NCBI RefSeq assembly: GCF_006345805.1
Contig: NC_043003.1
Coordinates: 115,878,001-115,942,000 of the forward strand
Source: Octopus sinensis
Lineage: Eukaryota
DNA length: 64,000 bases
Reading direction: 5' to 3'
In this document: one piece after another, positions 1-11,801 of the stretch
How positions within the stretch are numbered: the stretch's first letter is position 1
Layout: the number at the start of each line of letters is the position of its first letter
Position numbers and translations under genes: made by a program
The notes under the pieces: model-generated
The model's input: only the letters and a program-made list of their open reading frames with translations
Told to the model about the DNA's origin: nothing
Database searches by the model: none

Positions 1-178
1 CACCAGCTGCTGAATATCTTCGTTTGCCATGTGATGTAGGAAGCTTGATATGGTTTTAGGTTCTGCATTAATGTAGCAGCCAACTTTAACACGTGTAAGG
101 TAAGTTTTAGTGCTGTCGAATGATATTTCACAAATTGTTTTTGATTTAGACTATATACACGACATAGTAGTAGTAGTA

Positions 179-246
<68 letters not shown>

Positions 247-247
<1 letters not shown>

Positions 248-355
248 CATGTGCCTAGTGTACCCCTGTCAGACGGGTAGTCATGATGGGTATACTGGGC
301 TTCGTATATTTTACCCCAGTGTCACTTTGATGGCATGCACTGCTCTCTCTCACTC
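247..355 (+). mobile_element. 5'-truncated copy of a non-coding (TAA)n-flanked element
   Basis: Matches the last ~110 nt of 18801-19355 (ending CTCTCACTC); (AAT)n on both sides. Confidence 0.7.
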
Positions 356-408
<53 letters not shown>

Positions 409-570
409 GGGTTTCAATGCCACAAGGACAGCAATTTGGGAGGAAGAGATAAGTCGATTATGTCGGTCCCCGTGCGAAAGTGGTACTTAATTAATAGACC
501 ACGAAAGAATGAAAGACAGAGTTAACATCGGTTGAATTTGAACTCAGAACGGAGCGATGAGAGAAATACC
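409..570 (-). mobile_element. Older SINE A-related copy (alternative 3' tail ending GAAACC then (ATT)n)
   Basis: Diverged match to the family A body (gaatttgaactcagaac, ggtactta, aagtcgatta) with a different tail. Confidence 0.6.
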
Positions 571-803
571 TATTTCTTTACTACCCACAAGGGGCTAAAC
601 ACAGAGAGGACAAACAAGGACAGACAAACGGATTAAGTCGATTACATCAACCCCAGTGCGTAACTGGTACTTAATTTGTCGATCCCGAAAGGATGAAAGG
701 CAAAGTCGACCTCGGCGGAATTTGAACTCAGAACGTGGCGGCAGACGAAATACCGCAAAGCATTTCGCCCGGCGTGCTAACGACTCTGCCAGCTCGCCGC
801 CTT
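571..803 (-). mobile_element. tRNA-derived SINE family A, full length
   Basis: Minus strand reads AAGGCGGCGAGCTGGCAGA (A-box-like), then GAGTTCAAATTCC (B-box), ending TAGTAAAGAAATA; many near-identical copies in the window. Confidence 0.85.
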
Positions 804-1238
804 CAATAATAACAGGATGAATGTTATCATGTAGTTGTTGTTTAAGTTAAAAGAGAGCTACGTTAAAATCCGTCTGCTCCATATATCCCATCCTTTTATA
901 TATTTCCAATTTAAATGTTTAAGGTTCTGATATACGCTTTGAGGTTACGTTGGATAGTATTTCCTGTAGATCGTGGGACCATGCCGAGATTTCCTAACTA
1001 GATCGTGTCACTATCAAATAGTGTTATTATTTCTGTTGTTGATATAGTGTACACATCAGCCATCAGAAGCCCTCCAGCCCAGATTATATTTATTGTAAGA
1101 CATATGCCATAATACTTGATCGATTTTTATTCACTATTCCTTTTTAAATGTTCCTTGTCTATTTGGTTTATCAAAAATATAATATAGAAACTATAATTCC
1201 CTTCAAAAGCCATTTAACTGTGCTTATGTATGACATAG

Positions 1239-1485
1239 TGAAGGCGCGTGGCTTAGTGCTTAGGGTGTCAGCATCATGATCGTAAGATTGTGGTTTCGAT
1301 TCCTGGGACGGGGCGACGCGTTGTGTTCTTGAGCAAAACACTTTATTTCACGTTGCTACAGTCCACTCAGCTAGCAAAAATGAGTAACGCTGAGATTTAC
1401 TGGCGTCCCGTCCAGCGGGGGAACACATACGCCATTGAAACCGGAAAACCGGGCCCATGAGTCTAGCTAGGCTTTAAAAGGGCGC
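1239..1485 (+). mobile_element. tRNA-derived SINE, body C + tail 1
   Basis: GGCTTAGTG...TTCGATTCC head; body TTGAGCAAAACACTTTATTTCACGTTGC; tail TGGCGTCCCGTCCAG...GAAACCGG. Confidence 0.7.
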
Positions 1486-2002
1486 AAAGAGATGTATGAC
1501 GTAATGTCTGGACAGTTCAGTTTAATCTTATATATTAAGTTATTTCCAACATTGATTTTTGTGTATCATTATTTACCTGCCTTCCCTAAGATGTTCTTAA
1601 CTGTTCAATGTTTCGGTTCTTTGTTGTATTGTATAACTTTTATTTACACTTACAAACTCGTCTGTCTTAGTCTCTTCGGTATCCTTGATATCATTCTGAT
1701 ACTTATATCTTTCTACACAGAAACACATTGCAGCCTTATAAGATACGACATGGCGACAACACACATGGAAAGTCGTTAGGTAGTTTTTGTTGTTATCGTT
1801 GATGTTTAGCCCCCTTCATAACAGAATGAAATTATGGCAACAGTCATCTTCCATTATATTTTCGGAATATAATTTACATCATATATTGTATTTTTAATTG
1901 ATGCTTTTTTTTAAACGATTTTATTTGATGTCGGTTAAATGTGGCTGCTATTTCAAATAGACGGAGGGTCATGTAGGAGATATATAATTTTTTGTTGTGT
2001 GT

Positions 2003-2299
2003 TCCTTCTCGAGCCATGCCTGGCTTATAAGGGCCAGTTTCCTGGTTTCTTGGCGTATAGTTTCCCCACCTGGACGGGACGCCGGTCCGTCGCAGGTGAG
2101 CTGCAAGATGCAGAAGGAAAGAGTGAGAGAAAGTTGTGGCGAAAGAGTCAGCAGAAGTTCGCCATGACCTTCTGCCGGAGCCGCGTGGAGATTAGGTGTT
2201 TTCGCTCATAAACACACAGATCGCCTGGTCTGAGATTCTAAACCACGATTTCTCGACCGCGAGTCCGCTACTCTAACCACTAGGCCATGTACCTCCACA
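2003..2299 (-). mobile_element. tRNA-derived SINE, body D + tail 1
   Basis: Minus strand TGTGGAGGTACATGGCCTAGTGGTTAG head; near-copy at 2867-3150. Confidence 0.75.
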
Positions 2300-2866
2300 G
2301 ATATATGATTGTTTAGTGTAGAGTAGTATTTCCTTATGTTTGTATGGAAACTCTAATTATCTTGTAATGTAATATGTATCCTCCTTAGACCAATGATATA
2401 TGGACATCGACATTCATCGTACAAGCTTGATTTTTTCACAAATACCTAGTTATTGGAACTTCCAGAATTAGCAACAAAATCAAGTACACATCACACTGTA
2501 TCGTTTTATAGAAAAGTAATAAATATTAACACAGTCTTTTATATGCATAAAAAAAGCTGAATGATTATGGGCCGAATGCTTTTCAATATAATCTGATCAA
2601 TCAGGAACTGACTGGGACAAAATCAGCCAGACATTCTATGTTTTCAACTCAATATATTATGACCACCATGCGATAGATAATCCGCTGGTCGGCTTAACCT
2701 ACTACAAATAGCAAGCAAATGTACCGCGCATTATGTATCGTAATATAGTATAAAAGAAAAAAAGATTAGCAGAGAAGCGAAAGCGTAGTTTATATTTGGG
2801 CTTATATTTCTCAGGTGGATAAGTAATTTTAGGGATGTTGATGGAATTTGTAGAGTGTTGAATATA

Positions 2867-3150
2867 ATGCCTGGCTTATAAGGGCCGGTTTCCCAGTTTC
2901 CTTGGCGTATAGGTTCCCCACCTGGACGGGACGCCGGTCCGTCGCTGGTGAGCTGCAAGGTGCAGGAGGAACGTGTGAGAGAAAGTTGTGGCGAAAGAGT
3001 CAGCAGAAGTTCGCCACTTCCTTCTGCCGGAACCGCGTGAAGCTTAGGTGTTTCGCTCATAAACACACACATCGCTCGGTCTGAGATTCGAACCCGTGAT
3101 CCCTCGACCGCGAGTCCACTGCTCTAACCACTAGGTCATGTGCCTCCACA
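2867..3150 (-). mobile_element. tRNA-derived SINE, body D + tail 1
   Basis: High similarity to 2003-2299; B-box GGTTCGAATCTC. Confidence 0.75.
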
Positions 3151-3760
3151 ACGTGAGCAGGATAGACCTACTAATCATTCACGCTAGATGGAAACACTCT
3201 AGATACGTTTCTATAATCCCAGGGTAAATAAAGGTGTCTTTGAAAAATACAATGGTTAGTCACCACTAACAATTAACTTTAAAAGCAATTTTGGTCAAGT
3301 TCTGCGTATAAATTACTAAGTAAACAACATGAAGAAGCTATAAGCTACCTATCACAATGCTGGTTGTCCAAATGAAAGTATCAGCGAAATATCCATCAAA
3401 ACCAGACGTTACAGTCCTAATATCTGAATAAGATGCATTGTAAAATGCAAGCAATATTTAAAAAAATATATTTCTATAACATATGTACCGGTTTGGATTA
3501 TCCCTAATATTGGATTATCCCTAATACTGTCTACCCATTCAGGGTTAGAGAAGATGAACGACAACATTAAATTGGTATACATTCGGAAAAAAGATGAAGG
3601 AAAATTATATATTTTAAGTAAACAAAGATTAGCCTACAAATGTTTTAAATACACATGAATCGGGTATTTGAAAGTGAAATAAAAATATTTTTTATATGAA
3701 ACTGCAAGGGTGGTGCTCTATTGTCGGTGGGATTGAGCGAAAAATGAGTCGAATTCCAAT

Positions 3761-3956
3761 CAAAGTAAAATATACGAACATTAAAACGTAAACATTGGAT
3801 AATGCAATCCTGGAATTATCACCTGAAAATTAACTGGTAAAATCAATGTTGGATAGGTTTAAATATATCTTTTTTCTGGCTGAGACAATTCTTAGGCTTA
3901 ACAAAAATTAACAAAATTTGACGAATTGAAAACATAATCTCTACAATCCTGCCCTA
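3761..3956 (+). repeat. ~195-bp direct repeat, copy 1 (copy 2 at 5545-5738)
   Basis: CAAAGTAAAATATACGAACATTAAAA...CTCTACAATCCT occurs twice with few differences. Confidence 0.9.
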
Positions 3957-4685
3957 CCTGTCAGAAAAAAAGCATCTCATTTGTCAATACATTGCGGTAT
4001 GAAATGGATAAGGTACTACAGGTAAGGTAAACTTGGATGATCGTAGCTGAATCAAATCGTTTGTATATGGGCCTCATCCATCATAACTATGGAATAAAAA
4101 GAAACAATAAAGAATTGTGTCATTGGTTACTGTAGCTCAGGATACGTTCTGTGTAAATAAAATACATGGTCGTCCCAATTATAAAAGTTTTGTTCTTAAA
4201 TTTGTTTTGAGATGATGGGGGTAAATCAAAATATCTACGAATCACCAAATGTAGTCATTGGTGTGTGATTTCTTACCATACAATGCAGTGTGCCTGGGGC
4301 ACTTATAACTGTAGGCCTTCAAAATTATAATTGACTTAATTTAGGGCAAACAGTGATGTGTTCCGTCACGATGGGATTAGGTTTCACGATCTAAAATTTC
4401 ATTTCGTTGACGTTTTAAATGTATTACTCTTTCTCTAAAACTCAAACACAATATTTCTTTTCGTAGATGCAATATTATGTTTTAATGAAGGACTCAACGT
4501 TTGATACGCGATTAGAAACTATTTCGATGACGTTGATAACAAAATGATAAAACTTACATATTTCTATATTAAGGCATATAACTTACTGAGCGTGGACATG
4601 TTTCGTCTTTATATAACAACTCCGTAATTTGTTGTTTATTATATTCTGTATGAAATCATTTGGTGATTCATTTTTTTACTTTCAG

Positions 4686-4743
4686 ATGTGTGAAACTGGA
4701 ATACCTCTGTTAATCAGCTTTGCGATGTTATCAGTTGTAGATG
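4686..4743 (+). CDS. Coding exon 1 (signal peptide, MCETGIPLLISFAMLSVVD-G) of a small secreted cysteine-rich protein gene
   Basis: Pyrimidine-rich acceptor (tttttttactttcag) directly before ATG at 4686; 58 nt open; hydrophobic core LLISFAMLSVV; donor G|GTATGT at 4744; ends in phase 1, matching the phase of exon 2. Confidence 0.85.
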
Positions 4744-5544
4744 GTATGTTTTAAAACACCTCATGCGAATTTACAATCCTCCGCTTCGTAAGGGGCTGGG
4801 CATTTATTTAAATGATATTATATCGAAGGATACGTAATACGTGATTTGAGAAGAATTTGATATCTTCTACTAGAAGATGTCTCACCGAATCTGGCTTTTT
4901 TTAACGTTATTTTTCTAATGTTGTTTATCGTTGGGCTTAAATCAGCATGTTTAAGCCATTAAAAAGACCCCATCAAACTTAAACTTTATACCGAAGCCTC
5001 ATATCACCCAGATACAACTGAACCGTTAATTTCCTGGCAGATATATTTTATTTCAATCATTTGGTTGTTTTTCCAAAGTTCAGTTCTGAATAAATGAATA
5101 TAATGGAAGCCATTCCTACCATGACCAGTACGTCTGTTTTCCCAATTCTCTGGTACAACATTATCTAACACCTCACTCATTAAATCGACGCAGTTTAATT
5201 AGAGTGAGATTTCGCTGTTATATCCAGGAGGTTGGGTGTTCACTTCGAGTCAGTTTCGTTGGATCTCTTCTCGGTTTTTGGGAAGTTCCGATATGTTCTG
5301 CTACAGGCAAATATTTGTTAAATAAAAACGTGCTTTTATATATCTTTAGAAAGTAGTATTTAGGCTCTAGAGCGCCATGTTGATCTGTCGCTTCAAATTG
5401 TGTGCGAGTGCGTTTGTGTGTATGCTGCGCGCGAGTGCGTAGGTGTGTGTAGTCTAAGAGCAGCTCCAGCAAAACTGATCTAAAGCGATTGACTTAGATA
5501 TTCATTGAACTAAACATTGTGGCTGCGTAAAAGAGGACCAAAGC

Positions 5545-5738
5545 CAAAGTAAAATATACGAACATTAAAAGGTAAACAGTGGATAATGCAATCCTGGAAT
5601 TATCACCTGAAAATTAACTATTAAAATCAATGTTGGATCAGTTTAAATATATCTTTTCTGGCTGAGATCATTCTTAGGCTTAACAAAAATTAACAAAATT
5701 TGACGAATTGAAAATAAAATCTCTACAATCCTACCCTA
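5545..5738 (+). repeat. ~195-bp direct repeat, copy 2
   Basis: See copy 1. Confidence 0.9.
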
Positions 5739-5940
5739 GAAGTGGTGATATATTCAGTGGGCTGTAGTGTATTGGAGGGCGTATATTGTTGCTCATATTT
5801 CTTTTATTCTTATATCGTTGCTGCTGCTGCGGCTACTGCTGCTGCTGCTGCAGTTGTTGTTGTTGTTGAGCAGACTGATAAAACAGAACGATCTTGATCT
5901 GCTGAAAACAACATAATTGTTGTTTCAGATTTCCCGATTC

Positions 5941-6246
5941 ACCCCGAAAGGATGAAAGGCAAAGCTGACCTCGGCGGAATTTGAACTCAGAACGTAGCGG
6001 CAGACGAAATACCTATTTCTTTACTACCCACAAGGGGCTAAACACAGAAATGACAAACAAGGACAGACAGACGGATTAAGTCGATTACATCCACCCCAGT
6101 GCATAACTGGTACTTAATTTATCGACCCCGAAAGGATGGAAAGACAAAGTCGACCTCGGCGGAATTTGAACTGAGAACGTAACGGCAGACGAAATACGGC
6201 TACGCATTTCGCTCAGCGTGCTAACGTTTCTGCCAGCTCGCCGCCT
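5941..6246 (-). mobile_element. SINE family A: full copy plus partial tandem unit
   Basis: Same AAAGAAATA|GGTATTTCGTCTG junction as in the other arrays, at ~6013. Confidence 0.8.
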
Positions 6247-6804
6247 ATTCACTCTGAATGACGTTGCAACATTCAGGATAAATATATTCTTTCTCCATTA
6301 CCCGAGAGATGCACATTAAGATTGTCACATACACTGATATGATTCCGATTCATTTGATCAAGCAACATCTTACGGGTAACAATTTGAACAACATTTACAC
6401 GCGAATAAAGGCGCTGCTTTTCACTGATGCTACGCTTCCGGTTAATAGATTTTAAACGTGCATATTTTAACAGGCTGCCAATAATCGTATGGGTTAAAGT
6501 GAAACAGCATGGTTAAATTGATGTAAGTGTTCAGAGATGGTCTGAACAAAAATGGGTGATATTATTTAAAGAACTAAATAATACGTATCTTTACTTTGAA
6601 CCTCTGCAGATTCCTGTTTGATTTAGTTATTTTGTAGCTCAAGTCCCTGCTTAATGCTGCAGATGTGGTACCTATAGCTTGCAGGATATGGCTGAACATG
6701 TGACACTTACACACATAATGTGTCCTACATACAATGTTTGCAGCCTGTGAAAGGTCATTATCAATACAGAGCAACTCAGTGACGGAGTATACTACTTACA
6801 GTGA

Positions 6805-6887
6805 ATATATATATATATATATAAGTATGTATGAAATATATATATATATATATATAATATATATATATCATATATATATCATACATA

Positions 6888-6922
<35 letters not shown>

Positions 6923-6939
6923 TATATATATCATACATA

Positions 6940-6980
<41 letters not shown>

Positions 6981-7241
6981 TATATATATATATATCATAT
7001 ATATATATCATACATACTTATATATATATATATATATCATATATGTATATATATCATACATACTTATACATATATATATATATATCATACATACTTATAT
7101 ATATATACATACATACATACATATATACATATATATACATATACATACATATACATAGATATACATATATATATATACACATATATACATACATATACAT
7201 ATATATATATTTATATATATATATATTTGTATGTATATAAT

Positions 7242-7284
<43 letters not shown>
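6805..7284. repeat. Compound (TA)n microsatellite with recurring TCATACATACTTA spacer
   Basis: Seen directly. Confidence 0.9.
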
Positions 7285-7286
<2 letters not shown>

Positions 7287-7407
7287 ATGTCGTAGGTTTT
7301 ATGAATATCTTAAAGGTGCCGACGTATAAAAAGATCTTCTCAGGATAAATTTTCTGGCGAAAAATTTAAGCAATGCTTACTCATGTTTTCTTTCTCATTT
7401 CAAATAG

Positions 7408-7560
7408 GAAACCCTGCAGGAATCAATTGTACTGGCTGTCATTATAAAGGCGAATGTATCTGCGATGCAATGAAATGGCCTGTTGCAGAAAATGGATTAT
7501 GTCTGGTTAAGATGTGTTACCACGAATATAACCGCTGGCATATGAATTTCGTTGTTTTCG
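7408..7560 (+). CDS. Coding exon 2 of the secreted Cys-rich protein (NPAGINCTGCHYKGECICDAMKWPVAENGLCLVKMCYHEYNRWHMNFVVF)
   Basis: Acceptor ttttctttctcatttcaaatag|, donor TTCG|GTAAGA; 153 nt, symmetric phase 1-1, no stop, 6 Cys; lies within ORF-track entry 7383..7577. Confidence 0.9.
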
Positions 7561-7743
7561 GTAAGAGAATATATTGAAAATATACACTTGTGTATTGATT
7601 AAATCCTGAACTAAAACATTTGCGTGGACTGTAGAAGACAAAACGGCATTCACATTTGGAAGGCACAACGAAACGGCCGACATACAAACTTCAAACTACA
7701 ACCATATTTGGTTACCATGACGTCGTAACGTCGCAGAAATTCG

Positions 7744-8490
7744 TATTAGGTTGTTTCACATGAAATGTCACATTTTTAATTACTTGTTATTTCAGTCATT
7801 TAAAAACTGAATTATATATAGCTTACATTTAATTTTGACTCTTTTTCTTTCCCAACAATATTGGTATACAAAATTCGTACCCACAGACATTATGAAAGCG
7901 ATAACAATCAAACTATGTTGAGTGATTTTCTCGTATGTGTACAAACTATGTCACTCTGCTGCAGAAGCTCTACGGAACATCAAGCGGGCATTTGGTAATG
8001 GTTTTGTTGACACCAAAAGCTTTCTTTCAGGAGATGATAGCCTTGAAAATAAACCCAGGGGTAGGCATAATGGGTTAAATGCTTTAGTTGTCTGAAAACA
8101 AAGGTTCGGAAACCTTCCTCAGACTCCAAACATCTCGCACAACAATTTTTGGACACCTGTAAAGAAATGGAAAAGTCAAGAAAACAGATAAGATTGTTCC
8201 TCATCAACTGAACGAGATTAAAAAAACAGACGACTCGAAGTGGGCTTCTTATTGCTTTCTCGACATGAAAAAGATTATTTTTGCATCAAATCATGACTTG
8301 AGAAAACATCAGGACAACAGGAAAGTGATTAGATGCAGGAGAGTCACCTATACATTACCCAAACCTACCACTGCACCCTAAAAAGTTAGTGGTCGCTGAA
8401 TGGTGATCTGCAAAGGGAATTATTCATTATTTTTGCAACAAGGAAAAATGGGAAGAGCAACATACTATTGCCAGGAAATTGATGCTGTGA
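7744..8490 (+). mobile_element. Decayed mariner (Tc1/mariner) transposon, 5' half
   Basis: TA+TTAGGTTG terminus; broken translation with mariner motifs AAEALRNIKRAFG, SGDDSLE, IVPHQLNE, LHPKK and KGIIHY...YYCQEID; many stops and frameshifts. Confidence 0.85.
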
Positions 8491-9119
8491 TGGATGATAC
8501 TGGCCGCAGACCACCAAACATTTACCATGACCTTCTTTTGTTGCAACTTTGGCTTCGGGAACTGCCGTGGAGATTCGTCGGCGTCCAACCACTGAGCTGA
8601 GTGTCGCCGGTTGTCGTAAAGAGTCCACTTTTCATCGCAAGTTACAATCAGGTCGAGAAACGGGTCGTCCTTGTTGCATAAAAAAGGGAAGACGTCAATT
8701 CAAAACGGCGTTTTTTTTTTTGTGAGGGTTGTCGTTCAATTCGTGCGGCACCCATTTCTCAAGTATTTTTTTCCAATCTCTTTCAAGTGGCTGGCATTTT
8801 TCGTATACATTATGTCTAATTCAGAAGCAAGCTCACGAACAGCTGTGCGTGGATTGGCCTTGATTAAGGTCCTTAGTTGATCGTTGTCAACATCCGATGA
8901 CCGACCACTACACTTATGATCTTCAAGACTCTCGTCACCGCTACGAAATTTCTTGAAACACCATTGTGCTGTACGTTTATTAGTGGTTCCTGTAAAGCGA
9001 AAAAACGGGTTTTAAAATGATATATAAAATTCAAATTAATTTAACGAAAATTAATTCGAAAATATATAATTTAAAACCAAAATTAAAACTCCCGCAAGAA
9101 CTTTCTTGATAACCTAATA
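8491..9119 (-). mobile_element. Second decayed mariner transposon, 5' half, inverted relative to the first
   Basis: Minus-strand TA+TTAGGTTA terminus at 9119; translation includes QWCFKKFRSGDESLED, IVTCDEKWTLYDN and FPKPKLQQKKVMVNVWWSAASII. Confidence 0.9.
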
Positions 9120-9714
9120 TTTACTTTCTATTCTGTCCTTCAGACTTTGAAATAAGTTTGCCCTTTAGCTTTTTATCTGTTTCATGCGCTGGAGTGTGGC
9201 CATTTAGTGGCACCGCCTCAACAAGTTTAGTTGAACATATCGACCGCGTTACTCCCTTTTTTAGTCTACCACTTACGCCATCGGTCTCTTTCCCCACTGA
9301 GGAGAGTGAAATAAGCCAATGCTGGTTGTAAAGCTGTGGTGTAGAACAAACACATGTACAAACGCACACGTATATACAACTGGCTTCCGCACAGTTTCCG
9401 CTTGCCAAGTTCATTCACAAGGCATTGGTCGAGACGATAGAAGGATACGCGAAGCCAAAGTGCTGCGCAAGTTAGCAGATTGGAGTTTCTCTGGATAATG
9501 TTGAGGATGCTCATCTACCTAACAACAACAAGGGAACACTATTTGAATAATTAGGAAATTATTACAATAATGTTCGCGCTTGTAAAGTGTACAAAATCTG
9601 CAAGAATTAAAGTCTAATATTTTCTTTTAGCATTTTCCGTTTTTGTGACATCGTTAATGTCGCCTTACCTTAGATATGTCAACTTAGTTGATATTTGGTG
9701 TATTTTTATTTCAG

Positions 9715-9785
9715 ATTGTTCTAGACTTTGCATAATAAAAGAAAAATTTAAAGAATTTGCAGAGAAGAACCCAAAACTTTGCTGA
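9715..9785 (+). CDS. Terminal coding exon 3 of the secreted Cys-rich protein (D-CSRLCIIKEKFKEFAEKNPKLC*)
   Basis: Acceptor tatttttatttcag|; phase 1 continues exon 2 in frame; 3 Cys, the last being C-terminal; TGA at 9783-9785; AATAAA downstream. Confidence 0.85.
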
Positions 9786-9832
9786 CATTCAACTTTGCGG
9801 ACAAATACGAAAGTTGTATTATTGCTGAGAAA

Positions 9833-9874
9833 AATAAAATCAATCATGTTTGCATTGTATTATGATCCAATAAA
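9833..9874 (+). promoter_or_regulatory. Candidate polyadenylation signals of the Cys-rich gene (AATAAA at 9833-9838 and 9869-9874)
   Basis: Two canonical hexamers about 50 and 85 nt after the stop codon, just before the next SINE. Confidence 0.55.
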
Positions 9875-9963
9875 ATAATCAAGTCAAATCAATGTTAATT
9901 ATTTAATTTTGATGAGGATACTGATGAAGTAATGATTATGGACAAATAAACGAATATATTCCA

Positions 9964-10383
9964 GGGCTGTGTGGTAAGTAGATTGCTTACGAACCACATG
10001 GTTCCGGGTTCAGTCCCACTGCGTGGCACCTTGGGCAAGTGTCTTCCACTATAGCCTCAGCCCGATCAAAGCCTTGTGAGTGGATTTGGTAGACGGAAAC
10101 TGAAAGAAGCCCGTCGTATATATCTATATGTATATATATATATATATGTATGTGTGTGTTTGTGTGTCTCTGTTTGCCCCCTCCCAAACATCACTTGACA
10201 ACCGAGGATGGTGAGTTTGCGTCCCCGTAACTTAGCGGTTGGGCAAAAGAGACCGATAGAATAAGTACTAGGCTTATAAAGAATAAATCCTGGGGTCAAT
10301 TTGCTCGACAAAAGGCGGTGCTCCAGCATGACCACACTCAAATGACTGAAACAAGTTTATGAGTAAAAGAGTGAAAAGAGAGA
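9964..10383 (+). mobile_element. tRNA-derived SINE family B (CORE-SINE-like, internal TA/TG microsatellite, (GTAAAAGA)n tail)
   Basis: GGCTGTGTGGTAAG...GGTTCAGTCCC head; CACCTTGGGCAAGT resembles the CORE domain; multiple copies in the window. Confidence 0.8.
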
Positions 10384-10708
10384 GTTCTCGTTTGGATGAA
10401 TTTGTTATTCGAGTTACAATGAATTCTACGACAGAGGAACTTTTAATTGGCGAGCATCTTACCAGACGTAACCACAGCATCATCCCAAACGTAAAGTTTC
10501 TGATTATATAAAGAAAACATCATAGAGCAAATAATGGGGCGGATATGGTGTCGTAATATTAGGTGAATTCATATTTTCTCTACTAACACCCCCCACACGC
10601 ACACACACATACACATACACGCACACATACACACGCATACACACACACACGCATGCACACCCAATGCTACGACACTACAAGGGTTTCCTTGGCGGTAAGA
10701 AGATATGG

Positions 10709-11109
10709 CAGAACCGCTAGCACGCCTGACGAAATGCTTAGCGGTATTTCGTCTGTCGTTACGTTCTGAGTTCAAATTCCGCCGAGGTCGACTTTGCCTT
10801 TCATCCTTTCTGGGTCGATAAATTAAGTACCAGTTACGCACTGGGGTCGATGTAATCGACTTAATACCTATGTCTGTCCTTGTTTGTCCCCTCTGTGTTT
10901 AGCCCCTTGTGGGTAATAAAGAAATAGGTATTTCGTCTGACGCTACGTTCTGAGTTCAAATTCCGCCGAGGTCGACTTTGCCTTTCATCCTTTCGGGGTC
11001 GATTAAATAAGTACCAGTTACGCACTGGGGTCGATATAATCGACTTAATCCCTTTGTCTGTCTTGTTTGTCCTCTCTGTGTTTAGCGCCTTGTGGGTAGT
11101 AAAGAAATA
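10709..11109 (+). mobile_element. SINE family A tandem dimer with 15-bp target-site duplication
   Basis: Units 10743-10926 and 10927-11109; GGTAAGAAGATATGG at 10694-10708 and 11110-11124. Confidence 0.9.
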
Positions 11110-11589
11110 GGTAAGAAGATATGGTCAGTTTCCTCCAGGCCTCTTAAGAAGGCATTTTAATATTTTAGAGTTCTTGGAACATTTTGTATCATTATTCCGT
11201 GTCACTGGGGTACGAAATTTGCTTAAAACTGTACTTCAGATTTGTTAATTACGAGTACCTGATTTTTAATTTTGGTGTTGCTAATAATGGTTGCGAAGGC
11301 AGAGACAATGTTTGGTGGTGGCAGTGAAGAATACCAAGGAGGATTTCCAATCTTCCGTCGTGTTGAATCGACAATTTTGCTTTCCAAACATTATTTTCTT
11401 GTTATCGTTTTTGTTGTTTCGGTCGCCAGTGATGGCGGCAGTGGTGCCACTCGTATTGTTTCTGGTTTATGTTTTCCTGTCGTTTTCCTATGGTCGTCCA
11501 GTAGCAGTGAAAAGCTGTTGAGTTGAGACAGGTAACTGTTCCCTGGATTTACGAAGCCATATTTATATATACATATGATATAACACCAG

Positions 11590-11760
11590 CCACTATATCC
11601 TTTTCTATTTTCTCTGTCTGTTTACTTCTGTGTTCCTTTCCGTCGAAGAGCGTAAGCTCGAAACGTAAAAGACTCTCATTTCCTCAGCGTTAAACTAATA
11701 CATCTGTTTGTTGTTTACACACCCGTCTTCATCTTCTGTTTTCCTTCTTTGTAAAATATC
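11590..11760 (+). mobile_element. Short PLE-terminus-like element with hammerhead-like motif (subfamily CTTT/AAAG)
   Basis: Similar to 46380-46540; motif at 11636-11671. Confidence 0.6.
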
Positions 11761-11763
11761 ACT

Positions 11764-11801
<38 letters not shown>

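Noticed and set aside
6734-7245. 168-aa YI-rich ORF and similar YI/YLSI/CV/HT ORFs throughout
   Set aside because: Translations of (TA)n, (TATC)n and (TG)n microsatellites.
9144-9330. Alternative exon 3 after the acceptor ttctgtccttcag
   Set aside because: The open frame runs through a decayed family B SINE and has no compatible Cys pattern; 9715-9785 fits much better.
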